The notes beneath the pieces were generated by a model. It was not told where the DNA came from. It did no database searches and saw only the letters and a list, made by a program, of their open reading frames with translations. Position numbers and translations under genes: made by a program. A stretch of 64,000 nucleotides of DNA from Lachnospiraceae bacterium. GTDB taxonomy: Bacteria; Bacillota; Clostridia; Lachnospirales; Lachnospiraceae. Positions 63,114-64,000 of this stretch are shown in pieces. The stretch covers positions 2,035-66,034 of the forward strand of contig JAZRXC010000037.1 in the NCBI GenBank assembly GCA_045600025.1, read 5' to 3'. The first letter of the stretch is position 1. Each line of letters starts with the position of its first letter.

Positions 63114-64000
63114 AAAAAACGGGTACAGTAAGTGAGATGCCGAGCCGTTCCGATCTTGAAGAAATTGAACAGGCCGAGGCGGAATTAAAATCAAAAAAAC
63201 GCAAGAAGGTACTGATCGTACTTATAATCCTGCTTGCCCTGATTTTCATTGCGGTAGCTGCTTTATTTATCCTCAGCAGAATAAGCTACGAAAGTTATGA
63301 AATAACGGAGATATTGGAAGATAAAAGCAGCGGTATGAATTATATTCCGTTTGGCAACGGATATGTACGTTACTCAGGCAGCGGCATTGCCAAGACAGCA
63401 AAAAGCGGAAGCATTGAATGGAATGCCGGTATATCAATGAGGTCACCGGCAATCATAATAAAGGAAAAATATGGCGCCATCTATGACAGGGGCGGGAATT
63501 CCATAACAGTCTTTTCCGAAAGCGGAATCGAGACAAATATCTCAACGGCACTGCCGATTACTGTTGCCGAGCTATCTGAATATGGAGTTACCGCAGTTAT
63601 GACAGGCGAAGAAGGCCGCAGCTTGATTAATTTTTATGACCGCGGCGGGCGCGAGCTGGATATTGAAATCGGCAATACTGATTCCGTTATTTCCGGATAT
63701 CCGATAAATATGGCACTGTCCTCATCCGGTACGGGATTGATACTCAGTTATCTTTTTGCAGAAGGAACCACTATCCGCAGCGATATCGTATTTTTGAACT
63801 TTGATTCCGGACAGAGTCTTGCAGATCGCGAAGTCGGAAGATTCTCATATCAGGATTCAATTTTCCCGGAGCTGCATTATCTCGGCGTTGACCGTGCGGT
63901 TGCTTTCGCCGATAACAGGATTGAGTTCTATTCACTGAAACACGAAACCGCGCCGGAAGTAATAAATGAGTATACTTTTGAAGCCAAGGTAAAAAGCGTT
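63110..64000 (+). CDS. membrane-anchored hypothetical protein, 3' end outside the window (DUF5711-like by recollection)
   Basis: Frame open from GTG 63110 (or ATG 63137) to the window end, so it is not in the ORF track. Lys-rich N-terminus, then TM helix VLIVLIILLALIFIAVAALFIL, then a repetitive beta-rich ectodomain. Confidence 0.5.
   Translation, partial: MKKTGTVSEMPSRSDLEEIEQAEAELKSKKRKKVLIVLIILLALIFIAVAALFILSRISYESYEITEILEDKSSGMNYIPFGNGYVRYSGSGIAKTAKSGSIEWNAGISMRSPAIIIKEKYGAIYDRGGNSITVFSESGIETNISTALPITVAELSEYGVTAVMTGEEGRSLINFYDRGGRELDIEIGNTDSVISGYPINMALSSSGTGLILSYLFAEGTTIRSDIVFLNFDSGQSLADREVGRFSYQDSIFPELHYLGVDRAVAFADNRIEFYSLKHETAPEVINEYTFEAKVKSV

Noticed and set aside
1-64000. CRISPR arrays, tRNA/rRNA genes, transposases, integrases, prophage or defence-system genes
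   Set aside because: I scanned ORF products and intergenic regions. There are no regularly spaced repeats, no cloverleaf-like or rRNA-like segments, and no DDE, serine or tyrosine recombinase motifs. The only toxin-like item is the truncated Fic/DOC fragment at the window edge, which cannot be evaluated.

Overview
This is a 64-kb chromosomal segment that looks like a Firmicutes/Clostridia gut or rumen anaerobe. The basis is AGGAGG-type ribosome-binding sites, rho-independent terminators, LplABC/YesL-type sugar importer genes, a MucBP-like adhesin domain and metG-tatD-rsmA synteny. I recognise no rRNA, tRNA, CRISPR array, transposase or integrase. About 57 protein genes are supported.

The first 29 kb (1076-29765) is one large ROK-regulated sugar import and catabolism island with four parts:
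- a ketose 3-epimerase, class II aldolase and rhamnulokinase-like module;
- a CUT1 (LplB/LplC/LplA + YesL) importer that lacks its ATPase;
- a polyol/ketose dehydrogenase and kinase module;
- seven diverged cytoplasmic paralogs of a single FAD-dependent oxidoreductase family (PF12831-like signature).

I can recognise no glycoside hydrolase, lyase or phosphorylase anywhere in the island. This flavoenzyme array is my lead candidate for an undescribed system.

Other items worth follow-up:
- an AraC-controlled operon of two tandem xylose-isomerase-like TIM-barrel paralogs, a GntP permease and an RpiB-like isomerase;
- an amino-acid ABC transporter whose binding protein appears circularly permuted and whose ATPase carries a degenerate GHKL-like C-terminal domain;
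- a GC-rich ~180-nt rod-like inverted-repeat element in the largest intergenic gap;
- a 998-aa secreted SGNH/MucBP/Cys-repeat protein;
- a lipoprotein Ntn (choloylglycine-type) hydrolase;
- an ADA2/ADGF-type adenosine deaminase.

The 3' end is a housekeeping block (M29 aminopeptidase, FAD protein, metG, tatD, rsmA). All family assignments come from reading motifs by eye, not from database searches.
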